From an uncultured delta proteobacterium (GTDB lineage Bacteria > Myxococcota > Myxococcia > Myxococcales > Myxococcaceae), in contig CAWCLY010000003.1 in NCBI GenBank assembly GCA_963796475.1, positions 80,922 through 144,921 of the forward strand: a DNA stretch of 64,000 nt, read 5' to 3'. This document shows positions 44,567-54,817 of the stretch, one piece after another (the stretch's first letter is position 1; each line of letters begins with the position of its first letter). The position numbers were made by a program, and so were the translations under genes. The notes under the pieces are model-generated. The model worked only from the letters and a program-made list of their open reading frames with translations. It made no database searches and was not told the DNA's origin.

Positions 44567-44745
44567 ACGACGTCTTCCGGAAGCATCGCCCTCGCTCCGG
44601 AGCGCCCGAAATCCGCGCAGGCCGGCCGGCACAGGCACCCGAAATCGGGCGCCGTGCCTGCCGCGTCCCCTCTGAGCAAAGGGAGCCGGGCCCCGCGCAC
44701 CGGGATCCCCGCCCAGCGGGCTGCCGGGGGCGGCCGCCTCCGGCC

Positions 44746-46510
44746 TCACCCCAGCTCGATGCCCAGCCGCGCCTCGGTGGCCCGGAGGTGCCGGTCGATC
44801 TCCTCGGCGGTGGTGAGCTTCATCGCCTCGTCCAGCGCCTGCACCGCGTCCGACCGCGAGCAGCGGCGGATCAGCTCCTTCACCCCGGGGATCTGCCCGG
44901 CAGGCATCGACAGCTCGTCGAGCCCCAGCGCGAGCAGCATCGAGGGTGAAGCGCGAATCCCCCGCGACCTCGCCGCACATGGACACGGGGATGCCGGCGG
45001 AACGTCCCGCCGTCGGCGATGGCCTTGAGCGACCGGAGCACCGCCAGGTGCAGCGGCTTGTAGAGGTAGGCCACGTCGCGGTTCTGCCGGTCGATGGCCA
45101 GCGTGTACTGGATGAGGTCGTTGGTCCCGATGCTGAAGAAGTCGGCCTCCTGCGCCAGCCGGTCCGCGATCCACGCGGCGCTGGGCGTCTCGACCATGAT
45201 GCCCACCGGGAAGCGGCCGCTCATCGGCACGCCCTCGCGCGACAGCTCCGCGCGGCAGTGCTCGAGCTCGGTCCGGGCCTCGCGCAGCTCGGAGACGCCG
45301 GAGATCAGGGGGAACATGATCCGGAGGTTCCCGTGGACGCTCGCCCGGAGCAGGGCGCGCAGCTGGGCCCGGAACATGTCTCGCTGCCGGAGCGAGTAGC
45401 GGATCGCGCGCAGCCCCATGGCCGGGTTCGGCTCGCGCTCGGACTTGCGGAACCCGGGCATCTTGTCCCCGCCCAGGTCGACGGTGCGGATGGTCACCGG
45501 CCGGCCGCCGAGCTTCTCCAGCACGCTGCGGTAGGCGAGGTAGTGCTCCTCCTCGGTGGGCGGCCTCGAGCCGGTCGAGGAAGAGGAACTCGGTGCGATA
45601 CAGGCCGATGCCCTCGGCGCCGCGCGGCGAGCAGCTCGGGGATCTCCTCGAGGAACTCCATGTTCCCCTGCATCCGCACCCGGAAGCCGTCGGTGGTGAC
45701 CGCCGGTAGCTGCGCGGCCTGGAGCGCCTCCCGGCCACGGGCGAGCAGCTTCTCCAGATCCGCCCGGATGTCGCTCAGGGTCCCGGCGGGCGGGTTGACC
45801 CAGAGGAGCCCCCGCGAGCCGTCGACGGCCACCACGTCGCCCGGGGAGATCTGCTCCGAGACGCGGCCGGCGCCGACCACCGCGGGCGTGCTCCGGGCCC
45901 GGGCCACGATGGCGGTGTGGCTGGTCGAGCCACCGACGTCGGTGACGAAGGCGGCCACCCGGCCGGTGCGGGCGAGCATCGCCGCGTCGGCCGGGGAGAG
46001 GTCGTGGGCGATGATCACCGCGCCCTCCGGCACCTCCTCCTCCACGTCGACCACCTGGCCGAGCAGGTTCCGGACGATCCGATCGGCGATGAAGTCCACG
46101 TCGGCCCGGCGCTCGCGGAAGTACTCGTCGGGGATCTCGTCGAAGAGGTGCTTGATCTTCCGGGTGACGCGGCGGACCGCCCACTCGGCGTTGATCTGGT
46201 CGGCGGCGATGAGCTTGTTGACCTCGTCGACCAGCATCGGGTCCCGCAGCATCAGGCGGTGGGCCTCGAGGATGAGCGCGTGGTCCTTGCCGTCGCTCTG
46301 CTCGAGCCGGTTCTTGAGCTCGAGCAGCTGGTGCTCGGAGAGATCGATGGCGGTCTTGAACCGCATCAGCTCCCGCTCCACCTCCTGCGGGCCGAGCTTC
46401 AGCTTCGGCGTGCGCACCCGGCGGCGGTCGAGCACGAAGGCGCGCCCCACGGCCATGCCCGGGCTGGCCCCGATGGCCTGGAGCTTCAGGCTGATCGCCT
46501 GCGTGCTCAC
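44746..46510 (-). pseudogene. ptsI: phosphoenolpyruvate-protein phosphotransferase (PTS enzyme I), at least 4 frameshifts
   Basis: [25 protein letters not shown]...[14 protein letters not shown] (ORF 45494..47203), ...[10 protein letters not shown]...[11 protein letters not shown] (ORF 44880..46184), ...[14 protein letters not shown] (ORF 44746..45738). Confidence 0.9.
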
Positions 46511-46520
46511 CGGGTCACCT

Positions 46521-46800
46521 TCACTGCGCCTCCCCGAAGCGGTTGGCGATGAGCTCGCCGATCTCGACGGACGCAGTCCGCGGCCCCCGGCCCCACGGCG
46601 GAGACGGTGAGCACCTGGCCCTGGGCGGCCGCCAGCATCAGAACGCCCATGATCGACTTTCCGTTCACCGAGTCCGAGTCGGTCCGGAGCGTGACCTCGC
46701 ACAGGCAGCGGTTCGCGAGCTGGACCAGCTGGGCTGCCGCCCGGGCATGGAGGCCCAGCTGGTTGATGATGGTGAACTCGCTCTCCGCGTTCTCCGACAT
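46521..46800 (-). pseudogene. ptsH: phosphocarrier protein HPr, one frameshift near the 3' end
   Basis: MSENAESEFTIINQLGLHARAAAQLV (His15 site)...VNGKSIMGVLML (Ser46 site). The tail EIGELIANRFGEAQ lies in another frame. Confidence 0.85.
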
Positions 46801-46817
46801 CACCTCTCCCCAGCATC

Positions 46818-47585
46818 CTACAGAAAGGCCCCGAGACAGCCCGCCAGCAATGCCGCCACCCCGGTGAGCACCACCGTGGGAACTTTCCTGGCGACCAGAA
46901 CGTAGCTGAGCGCCCCCAGTGCGAGACAACCACCGGCCAGGAGCCAGCCTCCCAGTCCTCCCTGTTGTGCCCCGAAGGCAAAGGCGAGGGACGCCGCTGC
47001 CGCACCGGCGCTGGCCGCGGCAACCGCCCGGAGGCGGGCCCCCCGCGTGGGCAGCCGCGCCTTTGCCACCGCCTCGACCAGCCGGTCCCCCAGCTGGAGG
47101 CCCTTGCGGAAGAGCCACGCCCGGAGCGTGAAGTGGACGACGTTGTAGAGGACGAGGAAGAGCACCGCGGCCCAGGCGCCAAGCCAGGGCACGAGCGCGG
47201 CACAGAACGCGCCGGCGGCCGGACGGAGCGAGAGCCAGAAGAAACCGTCGCCCAGCGCGGCCAGGGGGCCCATCAGGGCGCTCTTGAACTCCGTCACCCG
47301 CCGGGCGTCCTCCTCGCCGGCCGCGATCCGCTCCTCGTGGTAGAGCACGCCGCCCACGATGGCCGCGGCCACGTACGGGTGGGTGTTGAAGAAGGTCAGG
47401 TGGCGCTGCACCGCCTCGCGGCGCGCCAGCGGGTCCGGGTAGAGCCGCTGCAGCGCCGGGAAGAGGGCGTAGACCAGCCCGAGGTTCTGCATCCCCTTCG
47501 GATTCCAGCTGGCCTGGAGCAGGAGCGAGCGGAGGAAGACCCGGATCTTCACCGAGCGCGGCAGGTGGGTCCCCGGGCCGATCAT
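46818..47585 (-). CDS. PTS mannose/fructose/sorbose-family EIID component
   Basis: MIGPGTHLPRSVKIRVFLRSLLLQASWNPKGMQNLGLVYALFPAL...FNTHPY.... ATGA overlap with the EIIC stop. Confidence 0.85.
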   Translation of the reverse strand: MIGPGTHLPRSVKIRVFLRSLLLQASWNPKGMQNLGLVYALFPALQRLYPDPLARREAVQRHLTFFNTHPYVAAAIVGGVLYHEERIAAGEEDARRVTEFKSALMGPLAALGDGFFWLSLRPAAGAFCAALVPWLGAWAAVLFLVLYNVVHFTLRAWLFRKGLQLGDRLVEAVAKARLPTRGARLRAVAAASAGAAAASLAFAFGAQQGGLGGWLLAGGCLALGALSYVLVARKVPTVVLTGVAALLAGCLGAFL

Positions 47586-48296
47586 GCGTTCACCCAGGCG
47601 AGCACCAGGGTGAAGCCGGTCATCACCGCGCCCCCCACCAGGCCCCAGAGGGCGGCGTTCCGGGCGTGCGAGCCGCGCGCCGCGGTGGCCGCTGCCACCG
47701 AGGCCATCGCCGGGAAGGCCCAGGCGAGCCCACGGAGCACGACCAGCGGCACCTGCGACAGAAGCCGAGCCGATCCACATCCCCAGCGCCGCGCAGCCGG
47801 CGTTGAGGGCGAAGTAGACGAGCGCGTACGGCCAGATGCCGAACAGGTTCTGCCGCACGGCCCGCTCGAGCTCCCCGGCCTCGGCGAGCTCGAGGCCGTG
47901 GGCGCTGAGGCTCGCCGCGTGCACCTCGACCTTCCGGTCCACCAGGCGGCCGAGGAGCCCGAGGCCCGAGAAGAGGATGAGGGAGAGGCTCCAGATGGCG
48001 GGCGTGCCGCCGCCACCGGTCTGCGAGGCCATCATCACCGCCGCGGCAGTGGTCCCGCTCGCGGCGAGGGTGTCGTTCTCGGGGAGCGCCGCGCCGAGCG
48101 AGGCGGTGCCCAGGTAGAACAGCTCGAGGACCATGCCCAGATACAGGCCGGTCTGGGTCTGCCCGAGCATCAGGCCCATCCCCGTCGCGGCGACGAGGGG
48201 ACGGCTGAACATCGCCTGCAGGAACGCCCGCCGCTCGAGGCCGACCAGCGCGCCCCAGGCCCCCGCCATCGCGACGTGGAGCCAGCCGACGTGCAT
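47582..48296 (-). pseudogene. PTS mannose-family EIIC component, one frameshift (~47765)
   Basis: MHVGWLHVAMAGAWGALVGLERRAFLQ.... The C-terminal TM segments read in ORF 47582..48016 (LLSQVPLVVLRGLAWAFPAMA...). Confidence 0.8.
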
Positions 48297-48305
48297 GGGA
48301 GCGGT

Positions 48306-48788
48306 TTAGCCCTTCCCGAAGCGCTCGACCATCTCGGTGAAGTGGACCGCCCGCTCGGCGGGGACGCCGCGCGCCTCGATCTCCCAGCCCTCGCTGTCCA
48401 GCGCCTTCAGCTGCGCCAGCTCCTCGGCGTTGAGGAACACCGAGGTGGAGACCTGCCGGCGCATGGGGCCGTGGTGCACGTTCCCCAGGTTCACCCGGGT
48501 GCGCGGCAGCCCGGACGCCTTCGCCTGGATGAGCGCCGGGATGTCACGGAGCAGGAGCAGGGTGCGGATGGAGTCGGAGGCGATGGCCGGGAACGGCACC
48601 TCCCGGAGCGGACGGATGTCCACCTCGAGCTCGGGCGGCACAGCGAGGCCCATCGCCGTCTTCATCAGGGGGCTGTGGGCGGCCTCGTCGTCGGCGACGA
48701 CGACCCGGGCGACCTTGAGACCCGGTAGCCAGGCCTCGACCACCTGGCCGTGGATGAGTCGACCGTCGATGCGGAGGAAGTTGATCAC
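48306..48788 (-). CDS. PTS mannose-family EIIB component
   Basis: MINFLRIDGRLIHGQVVEAW (phospho-His region). 160 aa, intact. Confidence 0.85.
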   Translation of the reverse strand: MINFLRIDGRLIHGQVVEAWLPGLKVARVVVADDEAAHSPLMKTAMGLAVPPELEVDIRPLREVPFPAIASDSIRTLLLLRDIPALIQAKASGLPRTRVNLGNVHHGPMRRQVSTSVFLNAEELAQLKALDSEGWEIEARGVPAERAVHFTEMVERFGKG

Positions 48789-48844
48789 GTGCGTGCGTGC
48801 CTTGGGCGCGGGCCGGACCCTAGAGGCCGGCCCTGACGGACATC

Positions 48845-49273
48845 TCAGGAGGTGACGTGGCGCCCGGCGGCGGCGTCACGGACCAGCTCCGAGGCGAACC
48901 GGATGTTGCGCTGGGCGTAGGTGAGGAGAGCCTCGGCCAGGTCGTGCAGCGGCAGGTGCTCCTTCCGGAGCGAGGCGGCCTTCATCAGCATCGGGAGGTT
49001 CACGCCCGCAAGGACCTCGACGTGGGCCTTCTGACAGAGGAGCAGGGACTCCTTGCACGGGGTGCCGCCGAACAGGTCGGCCAGCACCAGCACGCCCTCG
49101 CCGTGCTCGAGCTCGCTCACCGCAGCGCGGAGCTGACTCCGGATCGTCTCCGCCGAGGTGCCCGGTTCGATGCTCACCGTGGCCACCTCGGCCAAAGGCC
49201 CCATGATCTGTTCGGCGGTCGCCACCAGCTCCTGCGCAAGACGACCATGGGCTGCAACCACGAGCCCGACCAT
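48845..49273 (-). CDS. PTS mannose-family EIIA component
   Basis: MVGLVVAAHGRLAQEL...VLVLADLFGGTP. ATG at 49273 inside track ORF 48845..49522. Confidence 0.85.
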   Translation of the reverse strand: MVGLVVAAHGRLAQELVATAEQIMGPLAEVATVSIEPGTSAETIRSQLRAAVSELEHGEGVLVLADLFGGTPCKESLLLCQKAHVEVLAGVNLPMLMKAASLRKEHLPLHDLAEALLTYAQRNIRFASELVRDAAAGRHVTS

Positions 49274-49518
49274 GTTCACACCTCTCTGCAGTCCGCCGCG
49301 GCTCCCTACTCCTTCGCTGCCGTGGGCTGCAACCTTTCGACTCGTCCAGCGCACCGGATCTTCACACCACCGAGAGGATAAGACGGAGATCGGGGGGGGG
49401 CCAGCCGGCGTCCGGAGGGACCCCTGGGTTGGAACGACCCTCGCCAAATCTTCTGAGGACCAGTAACAGGCCTGGAGCAGCCCTGCCGGAGCGACGGGCC
49501 GAGCCTGCCTGCTCGGTC

Positions 49519-50394
49519 TCACTCCTTCTCGATGTCGCGGTGCCGGAGCTGCACGCCGGCCCCTCCGGCGCCGAGGCGCTGGGCGAGGGCGGCGGCCACG
49601 GCGACGCTCCGGTGCTTCCCGCCGGTGCAGCCGAGGGCGACCGTCAGGTACGCCTTCCCCTCACGCTGGTAGCGGGGGAAGAGGAACTGCGCCAGGTCCA
49701 CGATGCGGTCGAGGAACTCCTGGGTCTCGGGCCGCTCGAGCACGTACCGGGCGACCTCCGGGTCCTCCCCGGTCAGGGGCTTCAGCTCGGGCACGAAGTA
49801 CGGGTTGGGGAGGAAGCGCAGGTCGAAGACGAGGTCCGCCTGCGGCGGGACGCCATACCGGTAGCCGAAGGAGATGACGGTGAGGCTCGGGACGGCCGCC
49901 CCCGACTCCCCGAACCGGGCCATCACCAGCCGCTTCAGGTCGTGGACGTTGAGCTGCGAGGTGTCGATGGTCTGGTCGGCGAGGTCCCGCAGGTCGGCGA
50001 GCAGCTCGCGCTCGCGGGCGATGCCGACGGGGACGCTGTCCTCGGGCGCGAGCGGATGCCGGCGCCGGGTCTCCGAGAAGCGGCGGACCAGGCTCTCGTC
50101 CGAGGCGTCGAGGAAGACGAGCTCGACGTGGTGCCCCTCGGCGCGCAGCCGGGCGAGGATGCCGGGCGCCTGGCGGAGCATCTCGCCCTCCCGCGCGTCG
50201 ACCACCAGCGCCAGGCGCGTGTCGGGCTGGGCCAGCTCGGCCAGCCCGGTGAGCTGGGGCAGGAGGACGACCGGGAGGTTGTCGATGCAGAAGTAGCCCG
50301 CGTCCTCGAGCGCCCGGACGGCGGTGGACTTTCCCGACCCGGAGATGCCGGTGAGGATGACGATGCGCCGGCGCTCGTTCGCCGGAGCGTCCAT
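49519..50394 (-). CDS. rapZ: RNase adapter protein RapZ (YhbJ-type P-loop NTPase)
   Basis: [31 protein letters not shown]...[10 protein letters not shown]. Intact. It forms the C-terminal part of the artefactual 1066-aa ORF 49519..52719. Confidence 0.9.
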   Translation of the reverse strand: MDAPANERRRIVILTGISGSGKSTAVRALEDAGYFCIDNLPVVLLPQLTGLAELAQPDTRLALVVDAREGEMLRQAPGILARLRAEGHHVELVFLDASDESLVRRFSETRRRHPLAPEDSVPVGIARERELLADLRDLADQTIDTSQLNVHDLKRLVMARFGESGAAVPSLTVISFGYRYGVPPQADLVFDLRFLPNPYFVPELKPLTGEDPEVARYVLERPETQEFLDRIVDLAQFLFPRYQREGKAYLTVALGCTGGKHRSVAVAAALAQRLGAGGAGVQLRHRDIEKE

Positions 50395-51362
50395 CACTCC
50401 ACCTCCTCGCCCAGGGTCCTCCGCATCGCGCCCTCTGCGATGGCGCGGTTGAGCTGCTCGGCGAACTCCTTGGCGCTGTGGTGGCCCTGGAGCTTGAGAA
50501 GGTGGTTGCGGGCCGCCACCTCGACCAGCGTGGTGATGTTGCGGCCCGGGCGGACCGGGATGGTGGAGAGGGGCAGGTCCACGCCGACGACGTTGAAGAA
50601 GCGCTCCTCGACGCCCAGCCGGTCGTACTCGCGGTGGGGATCCCATTCCACGAGCTCGATGACCAGCTCGATCTTCTTCCGGTCGCGGACGGCGGCCACG
50701 CCGAACAGGTCCTTGATGTTGATGATGCCGAGGCCGCGGATCTCCATGTGGTGCTTGATGATGCGGATTGCCGGACCCGTAGACCGTGTCCTGCTTGCGG
50801 CGGGTCACCTCGACGATGTCGTCGGCGACCAGGCGGTGCCCGCGCATGACCAGGTCGAGCGCGATCTCGCTCTTGCCGATGCCCGACTTGCCGAGCAGGA
50901 GGATGCCCACGCCGAAGACGTCCATCAGCACGCCGTGCAGGCTGGCGGACTCGGTGAGCGCCTCCTCGAGGAAGGCGGTGACCTGCTGGATGAAGGTGGA
51001 GCTGAGCAGCGGGGTCTTCATCAGCGCGAGCTGGGACGCGCTGCAGGCGTCGACCAGCGAGCTGCGGAATGGGCGAGATCCTTGGTGACCACCACGCAGG
51101 CCAGGTTGGAGTCGCTCAGCTTCCGGAGCGCCTCCTGCTGGGTCGCCTCGTCCAGGGTGTTGAGGTAGGCGATCTCGGTGTTGCCGAAGACCTGGACCCG
51201 CTCGGGGTGGAGGTGCTCGGTGTACCCGGCCAGGGCGAGCCCGGGCTTCTGGATGCGCGAGCTGGTGATCGCCCGGCCGAGCCCCTCGGCGCCGGTCACC
51301 AGGGTCAGCTGGAGCCCGTAGTCCCGGTCCTCCAGCAGTCGCGCGATCTTGATCGAGCCCAT
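50394..51362 (-). pseudogene. hprK: HPr kinase/phosphorylase, at least 3 frameshifts
   Basis: [24 protein letters not shown]... (ORF 51021..51524), ...[31 protein letters not shown]... (frame of ORF 49519..52719), ...[16 protein letters not shown]... (ORF 50394..50747). Confidence 0.9.
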
Positions 51363-51399
51363 GAACGGATGACCTTGATGTATCACGGGGCTCCCCCAC

Positions 51400-52854
51400 G
51401 TGCCGCCGCCCGACGCCCCAGCTGACACCGCCGACGACACGCGGCGCGCGTGGTGGCTGCTGCTCGCGGCGCTGGCGGCCGGGGCGGCGCTGCGCGGCTG
51501 GCTGGCCATCACCGACCAGGGCATCGCCTGGCCGGACGAGATTTACCAGTCGCTCGAGCCGGCGCACTGGCTGGTGTGGGGGCGGGGCTGGGTTCCGCTC
51601 GAGTTCCGCGAGGGGCTCCGCAGCTGGGCGCTGCCGGGGCTCGTCGCCGGGCTCCTCGAGGTCTTCCGTGCGCTCGGGCTCTCGCGCCCGGCGCTCTACG
51701 TGCCGGCGGCCAAGCTGGTCTTCGCCGCCGTCGGGGTGGCGACGGCGTGGGCCACCGCGCGGCTCGCGCGGCGGATGGGGGCAGGCCCGCTCGAGTCCGC
51801 TGCTGCCGGAGCGCTCTGGGCGCTCGCCGCCCCGGCGATCTACTTCGCCCCGCGCGGGCTCTCCGAGCCGCTCTCCGCCTTCCCCGTCACGCTCGGCCTG
51901 GCCTGGGCGCTCCCGGCCGGTGCCACGCGGCGGGAACGGCTGCTCGGCGCCTCGCTGCTCGGCTTCGCGGTGCTGCTGCGGCTTCAAGATGGGCTCCTCT
52001 GCGTGGCGCTCGCCGGCACCTGGCTCGTGCGCCGGCGGTGGCGCGAGGCGGCCGAGGTGACGGCCGTGCTTCTCGTCTGGGCGCTCCTCTTCGGGATGCT
52101 GGACCGGCTGACCTGGGGGGGATGGTTCCACTCCGCCGAGGCGTACTGGCGCTACAACTGGGTGCAGGGGAAGGGGGCGCTCTTCGGCGCCTCGCCGCCG
52201 GACTACTACCTGCGGACCCTCTGGAGCTGCATGCCGGGGGTCGCCGCGGTCCTCCTGCTGGCCGGAGCGCTCGGCATCCGTCGCGCCCCCTCGCTCGCGG
52301 CCGCGGTGCTGCTCTTCCTCGCCGTGCACAGCGCCATCCCGCACAAGGAGCTCCGCTTCATCCTCCCGGTGTTGCCCGCGGCGATGGCGCTCGCCGGGGT
52401 GGGGCTGGCGGTCGCCGCGACCCGCATCGATCGCCGGATCCCCGTCGGGCTGGCGCTGGCCGCTGCCCTGGTGTCCGCCGCGCGCTTCCATACCCTGACC
52501 TTCGGCGAGCTCGGCGCGTACGACGGGCAGCGCAACGCAGTGAGCGCCTACGACGATTTCGCCCCGGTGAACCGGCTGCTGCTCGTGGCGAGCGAGCTCC
52601 CTGCGCTGTGCGGTCTCAAGATCGAGGCGACGCACATCGCCTGGTCCGGCGGCTACACGTACTTCCATCGGGACGCGCCGATGTACTCGCACCTCGGGCC
52701 GCCACGGGCGTCGCGGCACTACGACGTGGTGCTGACCGCTGCCTCCGCCGTGCCGCCCCAGGCGGTGATCGCCCGGGACGGCCCGGTGGTGCTGGCGAGG
52801 CTGTTCGACGGGCCTTGCGCACCGGACCCGTCGTACCGCGCCGACCTGCCCTGA
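51400..52854 (+). CDS. GT22-family (Alg9/PIG-B/PimE-like) membrane mannosyltransferase
   Basis: GTG at 51400. [18 protein letters not shown] motif and about 10 TM segments. Intact 484 aa. Start codon 37 nt from the divergent hprK start. Confidence 0.75.
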   Translation: MPPPDAPADTADDTRRAWWLLLAALAAGAALRGWLAITDQGIAWPDEIYQSLEPAHWLVWGRGWVPLEFREGLRSWALPGLVAGLLEVFRALGLSRPALYVPAAKLVFAAVGVATAWATARLARRMGAGPLESAAAGALWALAAPAIYFAPRGLSEPLSAFPVTLGLAWALPAGATRRERLLGASLLGFAVLLRLQDGLLCVALAGTWLVRRRWREAAEVTAVLLVWALLFGMLDRLTWGGWFHSAEAYWRYNWVQGKGALFGASPPDYYLRTLWSCMPGVAAVLLLAGALGIRRAPSLAAAVLLFLAVHSAIPHKELRFILPVLPAAMALAGVGLAVAATRIDRRIPVGLALAAALVSAARFHTLTFGELGAYDGQRNAVSAYDDFAPVNRLLLVASELPALCGLKIEATHIAWSGGYTYFHRDAPMYSHLGPPRASRHYDVVLTAASAVPPQAVIARDGPVVLARLFDGPCAPDPSYRADLP

Positions 52855-52867
52855 GCCCGCGCTGGAG

Positions 52868-54019
52868 CTAGGGGCAGGGCTGGAACGGCTGCGTCAGGTA
52901 CGTGGTGGCGGGGAAGTCGTACCAGCCGCCGAAGGCGCTCGAGGGGACCTCGCCGGTGAACCACTGCAAGAGAGCGATGTCCTGGAGGTGGTACGTCACC
53001 CCGCCCAGGGTGATGGGGACGGTCGGGAAATCGTCGAAGGTCGGACCGTTGCCCTCGGGATCGCCCACCTCGAGGAACGGGTTGTCGCCGCAGATCACGC
53101 GCGGATTCCCCGGCGGCGGGTAGAGCCACAGCGGGACGATGTTGTTGACGTAGGGATCGTTCAGCCACTCCGCCAGCTCGTGGTTGATGGTGCTGACGTC
53201 GGCGATGATCGAGTCGACGAGGTTCGGGTCGAGCCAGCTGGTGTAGATGTAAGTGTTCAGAACCTGGCTCCCGGTGAACTGGGTCGCGCTGTGGTAGCCG
53301 AGGGCCTCGGCGATCACGTCGTCCGTCACGAAGATCGGCAGCACGTCGGGGTCGATGCCCGCGGCCTGGATGTACGTGTTGAGGACCGCGTCCATGGCGT
53401 CGATCAGGACGTTTCCGAAGATCGCAGAGCCGAGCTGGAACAGTCCGCCGGTCTCGGGGGTGATGTAGAGGTCCAGCGTCTTGGCGATCTGGGGTCGGTT
53501 CATCTCCACGTGCCAGCTGTGGTGCTTGTCCATCATGTTCCAGAACGCCGCACGCTGGAGCTGGTCACCGAACTGGCCCACGCCGTTCGCGAACTGGGCG
53601 CGCTGGTAGAGCGGTGAGTTGAGGATGCTGGTCACCGCCGCATCCGGCTCGAAGACAATCTCGCTGCCGTCGTCGGTGAAGAAGACGAAGTGGACCCGGA
53701 TGGGGACGATGACCGACCGCACGCTCGTGTTCCGGCCGGTCGCGGGCGGGTAACCGACCATCGTGTACGGGTAGTTCACCCCGCCGTAGGTGAAGGACTG
53801 GGTGAAGTGCGGGAAGGAGCGGTTCTTGTCGTCGTCGTCCTTCCTCGTTTGCGACTTGTCGATCCCACCTCTGGCCTTGTAGCCGCCTGCGCGGAGCTTC
53901 TGCTGAAGCTCGTTGCGGTCCTTCAGCTGGACGATATGCCCGCGCTGCCGGGACTGCGGCGCGGCGCTCACCAGCGCTGGCAACGCCAGCGCGCAGACGA
54001 ACAGCGACTTCCATTTCAT
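52868..54019 (-). CDS. secreted protein of unknown function (383 aa)
   Basis: ATG 54019 preceded by GGAGGGTGGATCC. Signal peptide [19 protein letters not shown]. Intact. Ala/Arg-poor and Asn/Asp/Ile/Phe/Tyr/Thr-rich, unlike its neighbours. Contains [12 protein letters not shown]. Confidence 0.7.
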   Translation of the reverse strand: MKWKSLFVCALALPALVSAAPQSRQRGHIVQLKDRNELQQKLRAGGYKARGGIDKSQTRKDDDDKNRSFPHFTQSFTYGGVNYPYTMVGYPPATGRNTSVRSVIVPIRVHFVFFTDDGSEIVFEPDAAVTSILNSPLYQRAQFANGVGQFGDQLQRAAFWNMMDKHHSWHVEMNRPQIAKTLDLYITPETGGLFQLGSAIFGNVLIDAMDAVLNTYIQAAGIDPDVLPIFVTDDVIAEALGYHSATQFTGSQVLNTYIYTSWLDPNLVDSIIADVSTINHELAEWLNDPYVNNIVPLWLYPPPGNPRVICGDNPFLEVGDPEGNGPTFDDFPTVPITLGGVTYHLQDIALLQWFTGEVPSSAFGGWYDFPATTYLTQPFQPCP

Positions 54020-54303
54020 GGATCCACCCTCCGAGCGCCCCCTGCTCCGGGCTGCGGGCGGTGGTTTCAGCACGCTGTGGCGAGGACTTGGAACCACACT
54101 CGCTGCAAAGAGCGTCGCTCCCGCTTCAAATGGCGCGGTGCATGATGGTGACGCCACCGGGTGGTCCCGGATCCGGGACCGCGACCGGTCATCGGCGCGC
54201 TGCGGCAACGGCGAGCGCCAGCGCGGGGGACTGGCGTGAGGAGCACCACCCTGCGCAGCGCGCTCACTGGAATCCGGCGGTGAGCGCGGGCAAAGTCCGC
54301 GCC

Positions 54304-54648
54304 ATGTCCGATTGCGTGTTCTGCAAGATCCGGGACGGAGAGATTCCCGCCCGGCTCGTGATGCGTGACGACCGGTGCATCGCCTTCGACGACATCAACC
54401 CGCAGGCGCCGGTCCACGTGCTCTTCGTCCCGCTGCAGCACATCCCCGCCAACACCGCGCTCACCGCGGAGGACCGCGAGCTGATCGGCCACCTGGTCCT
54501 CGCGGCCGGCCGGGTGGCGATGGAGCGAAGGATCGCTGGCTCGGGCTACCGCCTGGTGATGAACAGCGGGCCTGACGCGTGCCAGCAGGTCTTCCATCTT
54601 CACCTGCACCTCCTGGGCGGCAAGCAGCTCCGCGGCCCGATGGGCTAG
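54304..54648 (+). CDS. HIT-family (histidine triad) nucleotide hydrolase
   Basis: MSDCVFCKIRDGEIPA...VFHLHLHLLGG. Confidence 0.9.
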   Translation: MSDCVFCKIRDGEIPARLVMRDDRCIAFDDINPQAPVHVLFVPLQHIPANTALTAEDRELIGHLVLAAGRVAMERRIAGSGYRLVMNSGPDACQQVFHLHLHLLGGKQLRGPMG

Positions 54649-54817
54649 TCCCCGGTGATGTCATTGCTTTGCATCAGGTGATGCCAGCCACTTGAATTTC
54701 CAGGGGCCCACTCATGCCAAGTGGCTGGAAATACACGGCTTCGGCTTGGCGACGTCCTTGCTTCGGGCAACAGGCCTGACTGCCCCGGCGCCGCCGGAGC
54801 CAGCAAAGGAAGAGACC

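Noticed and set aside
42229-44745. Calling the repeat-bracketed cassette an IS element or composite transposon.
   Set aside because: There is no transposase, integrase or recombinase ORF in any frame, and I could not identify target-site duplications. It is reported as repeats only.
49274-49518. Sigma-54 promoter (TGGCAC-N5-TTGC) or an ncRNA gene in the rapZ-EIIA gap.
   Set aside because: The closest string (ttggcgagggtcgttcc) does not fit the -24/-12 consensus, and I found no recognisable RNA family by eye. It is left as an open observation only.
49519-52719. 1066-aa ORF on the minus strand.
   Set aside because: Only its last 291 codons (RapZ) and a short middle piece (an HprK fragment) are protein-like. 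The upstream part is antisense to the GT22 gene. It is not a single gene.
52868-54019. A lower-GC patch as a horizontally acquired island.
   Set aside because: Third codon positions remain G/C-rich like the host genes. The lower GC comes from amino-acid composition. There are no flanking repeats, tRNA or integrase.
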